Notes under the pieces: model-generated
Databases searched by the model: none
Seen by the model: only the letters and a program-made list of their open reading frames with translations
Told to the model about the DNA's origin: nothing
Position numbers and translations under genes: made by a program
Shown here: one piece after another, positions 32,555-34,843 of the stretch
How the letters are laid out: every line of letters begins with the position of its first letter
Position numbering within the stretch: the stretch's first letter is position 1
Origin: an uncultured Lentisphaerota bacterium
GTDB lineage: Bacteria; Verrucomicrobiota; Kiritimatiellia; RFP12; UBA1067
Length of the DNA: 34,843 bases
Assembly: GCA_900321575.1 (NCBI GenBank)
Contig: ONWT01000088.1
Location: 1 to 34,843 of the forward strand
Reading direction: 5' to 3'

Positions 32555-33193
32555 ATGGCCGTAACTCTCGAATACGAACGCTCGCTGGGCGGCCTTGTCA
32601 TGGGTATCGACGAGGCTGGCCGCGGTCCCTTGGTAGGCGGAGTTTACGCGGCCGCCGTTTCGGTTCCGCTTGACGTCGCCGCGCGCCTTATCGAGAACGA
32701 ATGGCGCGAGATCAACGACTCGAAGAAACTTACCGAAAAACGGCGCGAACGCCTCGCCGCCGTCATAAAGGCGACTCCGCATTGCGTGTGGCATGTCGCT
32801 TCAGCCACGCCCGGAGAAATCGACCGCCTGAACATATTGAACGCCACCCACCTTGCCATGAAGCGCGCCGCGGAGAATGTCGGCGCGAGGCTTCAGGGCG
32901 GCGAGATATCCATTCTGGTGGACGGCAATCCCGTGCGGGGCCTGCCCTACAAGTCGCGGAATCTCGTGAAGGGCGACGCAAAAAGCCTGTTCGTCGCGGC
33001 GGCTTCCATACTCGCCAAGACTGCGCGCGATGCGGACTGTCTGCGGCTGGAGGCGCTCTATCCCGGCTACGGCTTCGCGCGCAACAAGGGCTATCCCACA
33101 AAGGAGCACTTCGCTGCGCTGGCCAGGCTTGGGCCCTGCCCCGAGCATCGGCGCAGTTTCGGCCCCGTATCGCAAATGGAGTTTGATCTATGA
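32555..33193 (+). CDS. rnhB: ribonuclease HII
   Basis: GIDEAGRGPLVGGVYAAAV, NDSKKLT, GYGFARNKGYPTKEH. Confidence 0.92.
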   Translation: MAVTLEYERSLGGLVMGIDEAGRGPLVGGVYAAAVSVPLDVAARLIENEWREINDSKKLTEKRRERLAAVIKATPHCVWHVASATPGEIDRLNILNATHLAMKRAAENVGARLQGGEISILVDGNPVRGLPYKSRNLVKGDAKSLFVAAASILAKTARDADCLRLEALYPGYGFARNKGYPTKEHFAALARLGPCPEHRRSFGPVSQMEFDL

Positions 33194-33900
33194 TGGCCAA
33201 AGTCATGGGTATCGTCAACGTCACGCCCGACTCTTTCTCGGACGGCGGCAAGTACTACCGCGCCGACGAGGCCGTCGCCCGCGCCAGGAATATGGTCGCG
33301 GACGGCGCCGATATCGTGGACCTCGGCGGCGAATCTACGCGCCCGGGCGCAACGCCGCTAGAATGGGCCGACGAATGGAGCCGCGTCGAACCTGTCCTGT
33401 CGGCGCTCGTAGCCTGTCTCAAGGTGCCCGTTTCGGTCGATACATACCACCCAGAAACGGCCGAAAGGGCGGTTGCCCTAGGGGCGAAAATAGTGAATTG
33501 CGTCTATACCGACCCCATACCGCGCATGATCGGGATATGCAGGAAATCGGGCGCGACGCTGGTCATGCCGGCCAAGTGCCTCGATTGCGCAGAGCTCGAC
33601 CTTGACGGACTCGACTATTGCCTCGACCCTATGATCGGTTTCGGCACGACGCGCGAAGAGGATGTCGCGCTGTTGCGGTCCATCCCCGAATTGGCGAAGC
33701 GGGGACGCGTTCTCGTCGGCGCCAGCCGCAAGCGCATCGTCAAGAAGCTGACTGGCGAGAAGCTGACAGGCAAGAATCTGGGCGGCAATATCGGTATCGC
33801 CGTCTGGTGCGCGATGAACGGCGCAGGAATCGTGCGCGTGCACGATGTCAAAGAGACTGTCCAGGCGCTGAAGGTCGTCTCCGCCTTGTCCGCTACTTGA
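33190..33900 (+). CDS. folP: dihydropteroate synthase (compact form)
   Basis: [51 protein letters not shown] overlap with rnhB. Confidence 0.9.
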   Translation: MMAKVMGIVNVTPDSFSDGGKYYRADEAVARARNMVADGADIVDLGGESTRPGATPLEWADEWSRVEPVLSALVACLKVPVSVDTYHPETAERAVALGAKIVNCVYTDPIPRMIGICRKSGATLVMPAKCLDCAELDLDGLDYCLDPMIGFGTTREEDVALLRSIPELAKRGRVLVGASRKRIVKKLTGEKLTGKNLGGNIGIAVWCAMNGAGIVRVHDVKETVQALKVVSALSAT

Positions 33901-34606
33901 GCGGCATGAGCGAAAATATCTTCTTCAGTCCCTTGCGGGCGAGCGCGCGCAAGGCGTCGAGCGACTCTTCGGTGAAGGGCTTGTGCTCCGCCGTGCCCTG
34001 AAGTTCGACATAGCGCCCGTCGTCCGTCATGACTACATTCAGATCGACTTCCGCGGTGGAATCGTGCGCATAGTCGAGGTCCAGCGTCGGCTTGCCGTCG
34101 CAAACCCCGACCGAAACCGCGGCGACGCGATGCGTTATCGGACTCTCCTTCAGCGAACCGTCGGCCAAAAGCTTTGCCACGGCATCCTGAAGGGCGACCA
34201 TGCCGCCTGTTATCGAAGCGCAGCGTGTGCCGCCGTCCGCCTGGAGTACGTCGCAATCTACCGTGATCTGCCTTTCGCCTAGCTTCTCCATGTCGACAGC
34301 CGCTCTGAGGGAGCGTCCGATGAGGCGCTGTATTTCGGTGGAGCGGGCGTCCTGCTTCAGCTTCTTTATGTCGCGGTCTTTGCGTCCCCCGCCCGTCGAA
34401 CTCGGCAGCATCGAATATTCCGCCGTGACCCATCCCTTGCCGGAATCCTTGAGGAACGGGGGAACCTTGTTTTCCACGCTCGCGGTGCACAATACCCATG
34501 TGTCGCCCCATTTTACGAGCACGCTGCCCGCGGCATGTTTTGTGAAGTTTCGCACGAACTCTACCGTCCGCAGCTGATCGTTCTTTCTCTTGGCTGTCTT
34601 TTTCAT
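33893..34606 (-). CDS. rph: ribonuclease PH
   Basis: [34 protein letters not shown]...[11 protein letters not shown]...[15 protein letters not shown]...[18 protein letters not shown]. Convergent with folP, with an 8-nt overlap. Confidence 0.95.
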   Translation of the reverse strand: MKKTAKRKNDQLRTVEFVRNFTKHAAGSVLVKWGDTWVLCTASVENKVPPFLKDSGKGWVTAEYSMLPSSTGGGRKDRDIKKLKQDARSTEIQRLIGRSLRAAVDMEKLGERQITVDCDVLQADGGTRCASITGGMVALQDAVAKLLADGSLKESPITHRVAAVSVGVCDGKPTLDLDYAHDSTAEVDLNVVMTDDGRYVELQGTAEHKPFTEESLDALRALARKGLKKIFSLMPLK

Positions 34607-34615
34607 ATTGCGGAT

Positions 34616-34645
34616 ATTCTACCATTTCCTTCTCCTGTAAATCAA
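34616..34645 (-). promoter_or_regulatory. extended -10 promoter of rph; leaderless candidate
   Basis: Read on the minus strand: TTGATT (34645-34640), 18-nt spacer, TG (34624-34623), TAGAAT (34621-34616). The ATG at 34606 is 9 nt downstream, with no Shine-Dalgarno in between. Confidence 0.55.
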
Positions 34646-34781
34646 CACTCGTCCCGTTGCGCCAGCTTCAATCGCCTAAAGAAGGAGAGCGACCGCTTCG
34701 TCCCATACCCTAAGTAGAGGTCTTTTACCCCTAGGAGCAGAGCCTCTCCGCCCCTGGGCGTTGCCATACCCTCAGGCTAGC

Positions 34782-34843
34782 GTGCAAAAGTAGTACTATT
34801 TTTGCGCATAAATAGTACTATTTTTGTGCAAAAGTAGTACTAC
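34782..34843. repeat. 22-bp tandem repeat (2.8 units) centred on the palindrome TAGTACTA, truncated by the window end
   Basis: Units run 34782-34803, 34804-34825 and 34826-34843. TAGTACTA occurs at 34791, 34813 and 34835, exactly 22 bp apart. Each is flanked as AAAA-N-TAGTACTA-N-TTTT. Confidence 0.85.

Noticed and set aside
34650-34781. Possible ncRNA between the rph promoter and the 22-bp array (repeated ccataccctNag motif, short hairpins)
   Set aside because: I could not fold a convincing conserved structure or find a terminator, and it matches no RNA family I recognise. It is probably just intergenic sequence and would need an Rfam scan.
34782-34843. CRISPR array
   Set aside because: The repeats are directly tandem with no spacers, the units are only 22 bp, and no cas genes are present.

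Overview
Chromosomal segment from a GC-rich, apparently diderm bacterium; I cannot place the taxon from sequence alone. Nearly all genes are on the + strand and many are joined by ATGA/GTGA start-stop overlaps. Order: (1) a 1713-aa secreted beta-helix/LamG surface protein; (2) a small, visibly AT-richer accessory islet (about 5640-7500) holding a zeta-toxin-like P-loop kinase, an overlapping 54-aa ORF and a DUF3800 gene, with the kinase cassette bracketed by a duplicated terminator-containing repeat; (3) the ribosomal alpha operon rpmJ-rpsM-rpsK-rpsD-rpoA-rplQ with rpsU appended; (4) housekeeping and transport genes: membrane protein, Na/Pi cotransporter, DUF721/DciA-like, orphan ABC binding protein, tsaB; (5) an ExbB-ExbD-TPR operon whose fourth gene has a TonB-type anchor (S-x3-H) and Pro/Glu spacer but a vWA domain in place of the TonB C-terminal domain, which is the best candidate for an undescribed system; (6) tyrA, then an SSS symporter continuous in-frame with a signal-peptide-bearing outer-membrane barrel, then a BioW-BioF fusion (possible pimelate-scavenging module); (7) a 651-aa unknown protein with AceK-kinase-like motifs coupled to an orphan ABC permease; (8) an SLT transglycosylase, dnaB, fused hisH-hisF, rnhB, folP and convergent rph. 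Extended -10 promoters (TGnTATAAT) recur, and several sit so close to the start codon that leaderless mRNAs are implied. No rRNA, tRNA, CRISPR array or transposase was seen.
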